Part shown: positions 21,301-26,806 of the stretch, in pieces
How positions within the stretch are numbered: position 1 is the first letter of the stretch
How the letters are laid out: each line of letters starts with the position of its first letter
Virus genome (UHGV): UHGV-0210098
Reading direction: 5' to 3' (one strand)
DNA from: a virus
Length of the DNA stretch: 64,000 nt
Notes under the pieces: model-generated
What the model was told of the DNA's origin: nothing
Database searches by the model: none
Seen by the model: the letters and a program-made list of their open reading frames with translations, nothing else
Program-made: the position numbers and the translations under genes

Positions 21301-24300
21301 TGTCGGTAACATTCACACTCCTTTCACTGAAATTTCCTCCAATCCTAAAGAGGTTGCACGTTATATCAGTGAGCGTGTTATCCAATTTGGTGGTGAGTCA
21401 GCAATCCTGTATGGCGACTTCCCGATGTCAAGTAGCGATGGAAAAGACTACAAGCGGCTGAAAGACTTGTTGGCGCAAGTAGGCGGAAACACTCTGCTCG
21501 ATGTTATGCGTGTGGAGGGCAACCATACGAGAAGTGCCAATGATGAAGGACTACTCTATGAACCAGGCAGCGAATATGGAGCATCACAGAACGGTGATAT
21601 TCGTTTCCGTGAAGTTGAGGATGATGCCATATTGACAGAGTTCGCAGAGGGCAAGACCGTAAAGGCATATCGCACCATGCAGGTGATTGACGGCAAACTC
21701 TACTCGCCTATGGCTACAAAGGTGGGCGGCAAGTCTACGCCGGAAATCAAACTCGGAGTGCCGGAACAGAGCGAGGAACACCCGGAAATCATCAAAGGCA
21801 CAAAGGTAGGTCGTGACGGTATCGAACAAGGTTATGTTGTAATTGACAAAGGACTTGGCAAGGGTACTCTTACTGTGGCCTACAATCCGTATGCCCATAC
21901 CTCGCGTACTGTGCTCAACGACCAATTCTCATCTGCCTATATCCGTCCGAACCTTGTCACCGTAGAGGTGGAGGTGCCGGAGAGCGAACTGACAAGCGGA
22001 TACCGCGCACCGATGGCCAAAGACGCTGTAGGTGAAATCTCATGGCATAGCGGTAGTGTAAGCGGACAGTTGGCCGAACTCGGTCAGCCTCGCCGCGTTA
22101 TCCTCACCCGGTACGACAGACCTGTACGCATCGTTCCATTCCGTGAGGTTGCCGAAATGATTGCAGCGCAACTTGACGGAACAGACATTGCCATACCTTA
22201 CAATGTTGTGCAGCCGCAGTTGCGCTCCGAATTGGAACGCCTCGGGATTGCCGTCAGTGAAGAAGCCACCGGCACCGTTGCCGATGCTTCCGATTTTGGC
22301 AAAGCCGAATATGTTACAGACCAAGAGATAGAGCGCATCAATGCTCATCAGCAGGAAATGGCTCAGACTTCCAATGATGCCAAGACAGGCCATGCAGAAA
22401 GGCTTTCAAAGAAGTTTGGCACTCCTGTACGCATTGTTACAGATGCCAATGAACTGACTAACGCAAATGCGGAGCAACAAGCGCGTATGCGTAAGAGCAA
22501 GGGCTTCTATGACCCTGCCACAGGTGAGGTTGTTGTCGTGCTGCCCAACAATGCAAATGTGGAAGATGTGGCAGAGACCGTATTCCATGAAGTCGTAGCC
22601 CACAAGGGACTGCGTGAAATGATAGGCGATGAAAACTACGATACCTTCTGCGATGAGGTGTACGACCACCTTAAAGACGACTTGAAAAAACAGGTAGACG
22701 AAGAAAGTACACGCCGCTTCATGGGAGAACCGGGAAAGGACTATCAGCATCACCGCCGTGTGGCTATTGATGAAATGTTCGGTCGCATGTCAGAGAAAGG
22801 TTTTGAGGACTTCACCAAGGCAGAGCGCGGAATTTGGGCGAAACTCAAAGCAAAGGTATTAGAGGCCATCAACAAGTTCCTCGGCTCGCTGAAACTACCG
22901 AAATGGGTAAAACTCGGTGATAATGAGTTGCGCTATATTCTGTGGCGCAGCCATGAGAAACTGCGCTCAAAAGGCGACTATGTGGACATGGCTCGTGATG
23001 CAGCAAAACGCAACGAGTTAGGCCTGTCAAACGATGTCCGTTTCCGTGATAGTGAGACCGGCGATATTTGGAATGACAGAAGTGTTGGCTTGGAAGAACG
23101 TATCACCAACGCAGCCATAAGATTGAGCAACAATCAAAGTGGCGACCTCACACTGCGCAATGATGCAATGAAAGCAATTGGTGGAAACCTTACCTCTCTC
23201 CGTAGAGCAATGGCCATTCAGAAGCAGTTCGACCAATCCACCGTTAAACGAGTGGCAGACCTTGCCCGAATACTGATGCAGAATGGCTATCTCTCCGGCA
23301 TGAGTTCCGGGGAAATGCAGCGATTGATTTCTGCTGTAAAAAATTCCGTCGGCCATGCTGCTGTAAAGGAAAGCACTCAGAAGATTATGGACATCATGGT
23401 TGATAATCAACTGCGTAATGGTGAGGCCACACTTCGCAAACTCCTTACTATTCGTGGAAGCAAGGTCGATGCAAGAGGTGTCGAAGTGCAGGGCGCACTC
23501 GATGTAGACGGACAGCGCACTATGGAGGTTGTCAAGAAAGCCATGTCACTCAAGGAGGACGACATTAACGACCGAATAGCAGATGCACTAAACCGTATGA
23601 GCGACCCCGACCAAACTATTGCAGACAAAGCCGCAATAGAATATACCGGCCTCAACATGGCTCTCGACTATGTTCAAAACATTGCCGACAGTAAGGCCGA
23701 GGAGAAAGCATTGCGTGACGGACTGAAAACTGTCAAAGAAGATAAGGATGCCGGACGCATGACTGAAGATGCCTACAAACAGTTTGTAGATGCTACGGAG
23801 AATGCAATCCGCAAGAATAAGATTGAAAGAGCTGAGGCTTACTTCAACCTTGTTGGCCGTCTGTCAGACTCCCTGCGAGGAAGCATTGAGAATGCAAAAG
23901 CATTCCGCGAGGCAGAAAAAGCACGTATCAACGAGATACACCACAATGCCAACTCCGACATGGAGGGCAGACCGACCAACGAGCACCATAAGGACAATTG
24001 GAAAGACAAGTTTGTCAACAATGGTTTCATTCAGTCACTGTTCGCTCCTCTCGGCACCTTTGACCAGATACTCCGCGTGTTCGGCAACAAGAGTGCGGGC
24101 GGCGAGGGCTACCTGTGGAACCGCTTCATGCGCGGTTGGGTAGATTGCCGCAACAAGGAGTTACTCGGTGTCAAAGAGAAATTCGCACGTCTGGACGAGA
24201 AGGCCGCTGAATTGTTCGGTAAGGGCAAGATATGGGGCAATCTCATCAGAATGGAAGCGAAGATGCCGAAGGCTACCGTTTCATTCTGGGACGGTGGAGA

Positions 24301-26746
24301 AATGCGCGACCATGAACTGACACAGGGCAACCTGCTCTACATCTACATGGTTGACAAAATGACGGACGGACGCATGAAGCTGCGCCGTATGGGTATCACG
24401 GAGGACGATATAACAAGCATCGAAAACTTCCTCGACCCACGTTTCAAGGTACTTGGCGATTGGTTGCAGAATGAATTTCTTGTTTCCACTCGCAACGAGT
24501 ATAACGAAACACACAAGCGTATGTTCGGCGCATCAATGGCCGCGATTGAGAACTACTTCCCTCTGAAGATATTGGCAAATGCCAGGATAGACAAAGAGGA
24601 AGATGTCAATCAGCCCAACAAGCCGGACGGTATCACTACAAAGACAGGCAGCATCATCAAACGCCGTGTGAACAATCTCGCGCTCGACATTACAGGCGCG
24701 GACGCACTGAGCGTGATACTCGACCATATTACACAGATGGAGCATTGGAGCGCATACGCCGAATGGAACAGGGACCTCAACACCCTGCGCACATACAAGC
24801 GTTTCCGCAACCAAGTTATCAACATGACAACCGTCTATGGTGGAGGCCGTAAGCTGTGGGAGAATTTCAACGACCTGTGTCTTATGGCCGCAGGAGAATA
24901 CCGTCCTTCTGTGTCGAAACTCAACAAGAGCGCGGTCAACCTCGCCAAAGGTGTAACCGCCGCAAAGGTCAGCTTCCGAATGTACACAGCATTGAAGCAG
25001 TTCCTTTCCGCTCCTGCCTATATCCCAGAGGTGAGCACAGCCGCCATAGCAAAGAGCATCGCAAATCCCTATGGTGATTTCAAGTGGTGTCTTGAGAATA
25101 TGCCGATATTCCGTGAGCGTTGGCACTCGCGTATCAGTGGCGACCCGCGACTTCTCAAATCAGATATGGATTGGAATATGTGGCGTAGTCGTGTGATGGA
25201 AATATCCTCCCGCATCGGTATGACCCCAAACGCATTTGTGGATGCCGTAACAGTGAGCATCGGCGCACGAGCCATGTATGAAACCCGACTGAAACAATAT
25301 CTCAAGGAGGGTTATCCGACTGATTCCGCCGAGAAACGAGCCATGCAGGACGCCACAATTCTGTTCAACCAGACACAGCAGTCCTCAGAGTCACCTTTCA
25401 TGTCAACTATGCAAGCAGATAAGGATTGGTTTAGCACCATCTTCACCGTGTTCCGTAACTCGGCCATGTCATACACCCGGCAGCAGTATGACGCTATGCG
25501 TAATCTCAAGCGTAACCTCACACCCGGACAGCGGGCCAAGAGCATTGAGTTTATGACAAAGCAGATACTCCGCGATTGGGACGTTGACCCCGACACTGCC
25601 ACGGATGCAGAGCGTGACCAAGCACAGGGCGCAGCCCAGAAGCGTTTCCGCAGACAACTCAAAAAAGACGTCCTACGAGTTGCCACATTCGGCTATATCC
25701 TTGAATGGCTATGGAACCTCGGTCCATATCTTCCATATCTCATCTTCGGATATTATCTTCTTGAAAAAGATAAGATGTGGGAGGATGCTTTCACACACGC
25801 CTATTTCGGAAGTGTAGAGGGTCTGACCGGCGGTGACGTAATTAGCAGTTTCGGCAATATGTGGGCAAGCGGTGAATGGAATTGGAACCAACTCAGCAAG
25901 GATATGCCGTTGGCGAGCGACATCAACACTATTGCCAACAAATTTATCGGAGGCAAGAATGCCGAGGCCATCAATGACATCATCAACCTGTTGGTACAGT
26001 CGGGTGTTGGTATGAACCCACAGAGCATTACAGATGCAGCAGTGGCCATTACCGATGCTTGCGGCGACGACCCGGCATTGAGCCATGAAGCAGCCATATT
26101 CGTTATGCGTGTCCTGCAAGTACCGCAAAGCCAAATCGACAAAATGTATTTTGACGAGATTGGATTGAGTGGTGAGGAGGCAAGCAAACTCACGCCGGAG
26201 CAGTTGGCACAGCGTTATGCCGAGTACAAGGTCAAGCGCGGCACCCCTCTTGCTCCGTGGTCGTGGGGCGATGAGGAACGCCTCGACAAATATCACAAGG
26301 TTGTTGAGGACAAGATGAAAGAGCGTTTGGATAGCCGAGGTGATGCCGCTGTAAATGAGGCATACGCCGACTTTGAGGCACGTTACAAGGCCGTTGATGA
26401 AAAGGCTAAAGAGGCAAGAGCCTTAATGAGAACAGACTATGCCGCAGCAGCCCAAGCACACGCAGCTCTGCAACAAGACCCCGACTTTACGCTGTATCAG
26501 CGTTTCGGAAGCCTTGACAAGCAACTCGGACGCATTTCCAAGATGTGGCTTACCTCCAAGACCCCGGAAGAAGCAAACCTCGTGGCATCTGCCGTAACCT
26601 CATATCGCGCCGGCATGGTGAAAGTATTGCAAGCAGAAACCGTAGAAAGCCAACAGTCAGCCATGAAAGAACTGACTGACCTCCTTAACGATTTCTACTC
26701 CAAATATCAAGCCATGCAGCCAAAACCGAGCCAACTCAACAGATAA
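6392..26746 (+). CDS. Giant 6784-aa multidomain 'polyvalent' protein (DarB-like: methyltransferase plus helicase, with additional enzymatic modules). Likely a virion-packaged, injected counter-defence protein.
   Basis: A single uninterrupted ATG-to-TAA ORF of 20,355 nt. Recognisable motifs read in the translation are ParB-like, inorganic-pyrophosphatase-like, N6-adenine-methyltransferase-like, SNF2 helicase (GTGKT/DEAH/TGTP/QRNGRILRQGN), RadC-like JAB (HNHPSG) and zincin (HEVVAH). It is followed by a perfect 10-bp-stem hairpin. Confidence 0.85.
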   Translation: MTNPINESTKWLYGKLTGLGYNVGKDVNEFDNLIRTNAESRQWAYDTARKNGLNVGKDMDEFSSLVGGTVAPPATAQAQPQQTPATASTVKPITDNTAQQATVQPAQAQGQKLTPMQQMGFQMQIDGMNARMKQQKEQFDQRMEGIKKGNKPGAFMGEREFNPTTGKMETNYYTTQGERVGSMFEQSQRNTEYNQWWENNTEDGKRHKEQRLQREFDERLATLWQRHNPTEGENAAEQAWSAAEARQKEAANRIASEIYRDRGDVMSNAAFLGGHENHIMNAAMNTHRKQVAHYTNFDLDRLMNDSWDNLGEAGQKALIDDCYKMLRYRNPGLDELVLYNQAKQFARQQSDLRLYNLAVEKNLPKGNLEYLMRKIGDMNMIANISKGIAVSSANGKTGDMAAYEAANEQYRQDGHKILDVTGTVAGFALDPTTWLSAGVGSAATKGAMWAGGRYLAGRGATAAVTNAATRQFATSMTGRIVGGVVGGAANFGTFEGVKEMENQFAHGGHVVGQDETGKYINEGYSAGAVAGQFGHGLLMGGAIGWLGPVSGNVSDKLVRGTSSTVGKVATRAGVYTGATMAEGTIFSVPEWIEGDRDGFDVWTDNMAMMVGFKAKHILKSAGGVLGDLKASFDSPANGAKNRLDFESRLRMRMDTPSDGGMALTKDEEAELKRYGYDLRDLVESAERTGDASEGNIIAKDAPEIVSRLTDMVTDPRVSEAARAKMYYYATGRKLPMSTIMKGELYEDGKGGFIVESQGANGVITSRSFKNRKEADLELQRINRQTELNSIEIGERYQQTTDFENRLQEACRTVASENGWDMVEVYRTCEEARRNYLRGGDKQFDEAQQNILRKVTDAMGEFEETGATDAMRGRINEKYGVDIDAAIRKEANRRTQAEQTAIDEYIDELIPDKAKDRPVEDADVEDITNQKSLPGGEETFDDEFGNEPIDPRFDGGEVALDYDPHQPGGEQKPIGRAVMKYKDRPVEVLSGRVVMMEDGTMIDNERSDNSIVIRDLATGEIEMVSPEAILSYEEYAASVDEAETTSEQGKAPEASVEEQSKYTSGQIKIRNSDGTETRGVLTGYVDEDGKHEYYVEGDLQHLHYASEFELDNILSDYQPDAPQEPITPKDSQGNDLSVGDEIVLSAGRTGIVSDIQPNGAVTVDHNGESVTYNEQFGDITATGLRKVTPTPVAEEVPTTVPETAESVPTTAETTENPSVPVPNSSENGNNGGVIIPTDGNIGAENIPVPAAAPQSEVAQPQAVEPTPLQRIPRDEKGEPIFEQADSPETAWDALVEFSEGDAATAKEIADTMAEEKRKAFEKAQKQKPKGKTPTEILASKKTNSAELAKAESEYLHWQKMANVEQSRQNAIRSQQEAEARQRAAERAEAEKAEREAREEAARLEREALEGIPEWHMDTPENARKRGARRYGGQMFTRQEPVQNVPGKEVEVKFSQKDLPKGRVAVIEAEQLQPSHTQGQRNPMFFIEEAQPKNRSEAVSMNAARDMAEGIRPQEITGSATAYTGAPTVNTRGEVIQGNNRSDALRYLWQNNLPEQQQTYKQYLLDNAEQLGLDTDAVGAMQHPVLVNMLDVDDADAIRLGQMTAQDTESGGIERIKPKNVAQKLGEGMRSFATRLLSSGDDEATFGQLVDRNGTEVLKWMNHVGAISNTQFQSAFDSKGSLTAEAKNDLQKVLYQAVFKGGSQQLEEMFDRLPAKAQRAILSTAFRDMDSPFAGKMLPEIQSSIIAYNELMQDPAFESAKNLEEALRTVEAFKRQISLDDRFEQYMPADNFSNFALQLAAMYKASDMSQTTIASYFNQMYDLAQGKKAATLFEEADTTEYPLAEVIKQVLGIDYEPAKNGNNNVTDGGANVALRNQVGQGGELRGNEPPANGEQTPTGTEPSERGAGTSDNSIEGGRDTNVNGGTVDVEANGGLADEITPAIGPFGEIYTQFKGKSQEAIAYLLDKKSGEAVGALHHKEIGDIDLVYGKEGTGHSDGYGLAKLAKYHPEVLNNLQDILNDMVVTKRSENRVQLESEKYQAAVRLKWDNKKKTWLLTMFEKKNSVLDNTTDTGKTLVGNGNDTATPENTVISDGKDNTSLPNEQISEEEIATQHADVEEEQTLQASIKAAASEVNTEPTPAQAEAGNYKKGHITIGEFDITIENPAGSVRKGVDADGKEWQTTMANTYGYIKGTEGVDGDHIDVFLHSDMDQWDGRKAFVVDQTNTDGSFDEHKVMLGFNDKDEAMSAYLANYDADWAQTHPGLRISETNIEDFNKWVESSHRKTKPFADYSTVSKVSDDAPATKSAPVVEGNGYKVDPKPYTNKQGKTLDTYLVTFDRDFSKEELSAIRSKAKALKGWYDRETRGWMLRSSDDAKAFAEDIIGKSDDEVADEAPLSMADMERPTEAPVKKVDVPGVFDALKTKGEAKLSDHAKTVEQPKPKKRKWISDEDAAEFDSLRDNLRNHFGKSGDMVQEDAVGYGQPQPKQMDAEVLRMGTRMTYLMMKGGLRSFSDYCEAMKDELPDIFDDMRPHLKSLYAAAQNMEEVMQLGWDEEMDDRKTVKAFDVYNFDKPEAKDIIATAQHTVDEQASQQQTEQIIQTLKDKRNEQRKKEADDTSADTEIIVDKAETTASEVESKLEAATTEQDAERLSHSIDKELDEVNKQLALLGYYEAEEVDKDFNEAYGYMRNAERKATQDAHNLATQLATDLGLTIDPKDRVRKSKYNFGSKIAHSNVAPAGGEVYIKLPLAEGRELSMTLSLDKNEPWLERGRAERPDDLVLTRIMFRVEDKTGKSTRYVTSNDFISPTSTYDELLAHIRRSVRHLLPEETVQPATPLTPQPGEDMVQMAERVSKDRKAKKPQVKPEQPIGDLFGGLFDNIDAEADKPQSVTTKTKENEKSNVQPRTKEEGRGGQQPRPNEPLGESAKHEDERTDGGRMAERGGEHTVSDTERSGSVSQPHQSERGVTEPKNTRNNHTERGVDYAPKGEKARIDANLAAIELAKKLLASGATATPKEMEVLRRYSGWGGLGAAFNEGQAWAPNPINKRLRELLTPEEYEAAVMSRNSAYYTPAPVIDAMWDIAKALGFKGGNIMEGSAGIGNIIGLMPSDISKRSDIHAVEIDDTTGGILSLLYPDANVEIHGFEKTRIGNGTVDLAITNVPFVTGLHVMDESGDSDLSKKFRDIHDFCIAKNVRKLREGGIGIFITSSGTLDKSQKLRNWLVGDKEGCADVVGAFRMNNQTFGGTAATSDIIVIRKRVNGRKSPNAIDVSTVSVARTASFEDDKGKTKDLPMLINRYFIEHPENMGGEMFFGFEQGDTYRPTSIGLFPTRTADQAGRMAAWVQRMADMDWKTEAVSKPTEQTSHINETLGEGVKEGSMVTDSDGNLCVARMGRAVPLTINKNKIKGRTKEECFKDYSEIKDALAEVLKYQTEHEDDAGLQPLLDRLNKAYDTFVERYGNLNKNNNLAWLRNDVDFSSIVALETYSEKGSKDGQKIKTYGKTDIFSRRVVEKESEPAPKNVKDGIIASIYKFGRIDPKYLATQLGKSDAEVKQEIIDSGLGFENPTTGQMEVSYEYLSGNVREKLRQAREANEAAGGGYEANIKALEAVVPMNIPAHLIEFTLGSSWVEPKLYERYIKERTGLDVKLTNAGGTWNMNEPYYTDEPKNKEMGVRSEKLDIFIPGHKLIEAAITNKTITVNRTVKDTDGTHTETDPAATTACATKVDEIRQDFKDWAREQMQSDPDLSMRMEEVYNEQFNNSVPKSIPDEFVPEHFGGAATIVGGKPFQLRPHQAKAVIRATTQPVLLAHEVGTGKTYTLITTAMEMRRLGTARKPMIVVQNATVGQFVASAKALYPNAKVLTLEDADRNAEGRRAFYAKIKFNDWDMIVVPQSVFERIPDSIERQTQFIQDVIDEKLMVLEQMQEADPSGKSQIVRAAKQEIERKRNELSQLANGGTTDKKKEKDAKKAAVTRQNAEVKAREMLDRATDDVEDFDSMGIDAVLVDEAHEYKHLGFATAMQRGVKGVDPSYSKKSQGVFLKVQSVLEKTGGKNVVFATGTPISNTAAEIWTFMRYLMPADVMKDYGIYYFDDFVRNFGNLQQMMEFKTNGKFGEVNRFAGYVNLPELVRIWSTVADTVLTREAGGVSDKIPQMEGGKATDLFMPQTRALRSVMKYVKEQLDEYEKMSGKEKKENSHIPLTMYGIAKAAAVDARLVQRDAEDDANSKCNEAVRQTLRTLEETKDYKGTVAIFADNYQRKNHETDKVEFNLFEDIRKKLIDAGVPSEQIVVMKSGMTVNKKLDIFSRVNSGEVRVVMGSTFTLGTGVNIQERLHTLIHLDAPNRPMDYTQRNGRILRQGNLHNEWGMPVRVLRFGVEDSLDVTAYQRLKTKGAIAYSIMNGKQLMDNSMENRSLEEEQDLFGDITAQLSGSEYALLKNQIEKEVRKLTAQLKNWEADQTYIHNRKRQIAGQNREAEQRIAANKTYLEKVEAATIGDITVGKLSFPSIDAMEDFFTEQNKKKAELQEKVRKDGYSSRPATSDIFISVGGFDFHVHTEISRETKSQQGSLFYTAPAKMTYSCPELGIEAMPVKENKVKNAVTEIMNDVVSGEDFRGRIEAAERYIERNNAELQSISARDGVPFKDAEALAKAEEKLAEYEELMKQEMEAKEAKYAEMDKDVEAASNIELTEEDSDDVASEPVARYSAENSNFASRYETKDGKTIGYTSENPKAYGVSEAKDGTANSGTREADIQRQGDNLLAGRNSRLNTEAGEFSLVERVFTKNGSFNFTSGEKIESADDVAFIFSALEDAAKEHAFVVYVKDGRPTVVELGMGTFTATMVDIPTASLAYNRIRPDQVYFVHNHPSGNLKCSLQDVQMLQKIEGMCDVPVSGVIINLKTGKYGTFDTSNNTGVGNKRTPENESRLTVHTLDKQIFAPDYDPMAQSLVRMPSDVAQFLNSHRMGDRAKVSFLILTRAGRIVGNIHTPFTEISSNPKEVARYISERVIQFGGESAILYGDFPMSSSDGKDYKRLKDLLAQVGGNTLLDVMRVEGNHTRSANDEGLLYEPGSEYGASQNGDIRFREVEDDAILTEFAEGKTVKAYRTMQVIDGKLYSPMATKVGGKSTPEIKLGVPEQSEEHPEIIKGTKVGRDGIEQGYVVIDKGLGKGTLTVAYNPYAHTSRTVLNDQFSSAYIRPNLVTVEVEVPESELTSGYRAPMAKDAVGEISWHSGSVSGQLAELGQPRRVILTRYDRPVRIVPFREVAEMIAAQLDGTDIAIPYNVVQPQLRSELERLGIAVSEEATGTVADASDFGKAEYVTDQEIERINAHQQEMAQTSNDAKTGHAERLSKKFGTPVRIVTDANELTNANAEQQARMRKSKGFYDPATGEVVVVLPNNANVEDVAETVFHEVVAHKGLREMIGDENYDTFCDEVYDHLKDDLKKQVDEESTRRFMGEPGKDYQHHRRVAIDEMFGRMSEKGFEDFTKAERGIWAKLKAKVLEAINKFLGSLKLPKWVKLGDNELRYILWRSHEKLRSKGDYVDMARDAAKRNELGLSNDVRFRDSETGDIWNDRSVGLEERITNAAIRLSNNQSGDLTLRNDAMKAIGGNLTSLRRAMAIQKQFDQSTVKRVADLARILMQNGYLSGMSSGEMQRLISAVKNSVGHAAVKESTQKIMDIMVDNQLRNGEATLRKLLTIRGSKVDARGVEVQGALDVDGQRTMEVVKKAMSLKEDDINDRIADALNRMSDPDQTIADKAAIEYTGLNMALDYVQNIADSKAEEKALRDGLKTVKEDKDAGRMTEDAYKQFVDATENAIRKNKIERAEAYFNLVGRLSDSLRGSIENAKAFREAEKARINEIHHNANSDMEGRPTNEHHKDNWKDKFVNNGFIQSLFAPLGTFDQILRVFGNKSAGGEGYLWNRFMRGWVDCRNKELLGVKEKFARLDEKAAELFGKGKIWGNLIRMEAKMPKATVSFWDGGEMRDHELTQGNLLYIYMVDKMTDGRMKLRRMGITEDDITSIENFLDPRFKVLGDWLQNEFLVSTRNEYNETHKRMFGASMAAIENYFPLKILANARIDKEEDVNQPNKPDGITTKTGSIIKRRVNNLALDITGADALSVILDHITQMEHWSAYAEWNRDLNTLRTYKRFRNQVINMTTVYGGGRKLWENFNDLCLMAAGEYRPSVSKLNKSAVNLAKGVTAAKVSFRMYTALKQFLSAPAYIPEVSTAAIAKSIANPYGDFKWCLENMPIFRERWHSRISGDPRLLKSDMDWNMWRSRVMEISSRIGMTPNAFVDAVTVSIGARAMYETRLKQYLKEGYPTDSAEKRAMQDATILFNQTQQSSESPFMSTMQADKDWFSTIFTVFRNSAMSYTRQQYDAMRNLKRNLTPGQRAKSIEFMTKQILRDWDVDPDTATDAERDQAQGAAQKRFRRQLKKDVLRVATFGYILEWLWNLGPYLPYLIFGYYLLEKDKMWEDAFTHAYFGSVEGLTGGDVISSFGNMWASGEWNWNQLSKDMPLASDINTIANKFIGGKNAEAINDIINLLVQSGVGMNPQSITDAAVAITDACGDDPALSHEAAIFVMRVLQVPQSQIDKMYFDEIGLSGEEASKLTPEQLAQRYAEYKVKRGTPLAPWSWGDEERLDKYHKVVEDKMKERLDSRGDAAVNEAYADFEARYKAVDEKAKEARALMRTDYAAAAQAHAALQQDPDFTLYQRFGSLDKQLGRISKMWLTSKTPEEANLVASAVTSYRAGMVKVLQAETVESQQSAMKELTDLLNDFYSKYQAMQPKPSQLNR
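10725..11040 (+). other. ParB-like nuclease (ParBc) domain within the giant protein.
   Basis: ...RVAVIEAEQLQPSH... and GEVIQGNNRSDALRYL match the ParB N-terminal-domain pattern (I.p..lqP.. / ..i.G..R..Aa..l). Confidence 0.5.
12835..13160 (+). other. Family-I inorganic-pyrophosphatase-like domain within the giant protein.
   Basis: IENPAGSVRKGVDADGKEW...MANTYGYIKGTEGVDGDHIDVFL parallels the E. coli Ppa segments IEIP.GS..KYE.D and YPCNYGYI..T...DGDPVDVLV. The signature is D-G-D-H-I-D-V, with His where Pro or Glu is expected. Confidence 0.5.
15310..16160 (+). other. N6-adenine DNA-methyltransferase-like domain (gamma-class order) within the giant protein.
   Basis: YYTPAPVIDAMW (motif X), MEGSAGIGNIIG (AdoMet motif I), and LAITNVPFVTG at the motif IV position. 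Motif IV reads NVPF rather than the canonical (N/D)PP(Y/F). Confidence 0.6.
17690..19560 (+). other. SNF2/DEAH-box superfamily-2 helicase domain within the giant protein.
   Basis: Motif I LAHEVGTGKTYT, motif II LVDEAHEYK, motif III FATGTPISNT, motif VI QRNGRILRQGN. Confidence 0.85.
20685..21090 (+). other. RadC-like JAB/MPN metalloprotease domain within the giant protein.
   Basis: YFVHNHPSGNLKCSLQDVQ contains the H-x-H-P-S-G...S..D JAB signature found in RadC. Confidence 0.65.
22440..22700 (+). other. Zincin-like (HExxH) metallopeptidase motif region within the giant protein.
   Basis: ETVFHEVVAHKGLREMIGDENYDTFCDEV shows HExxH with a downstream acidic residue. Confidence 0.45.
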
Positions 26747-26756
26747 AGTTCAAAAT

Positions 26757-26788
26757 GTGTCGGTGGTGATTAACTTTGCCACCGACAC
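26757..26788 (+). terminator. Hairpin (10-bp perfect stem GTGTCGGTGG/CCACCGACAC, 12-nt loop) directly after the giant-gene stop; a candidate terminator or attenuator.
   Basis: Inverted repeat read directly and followed by an AT-rich stretch. Confidence 0.45.
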
Positions 26789-26806
26789 TAATATAATCCT
26801 CCCGAT

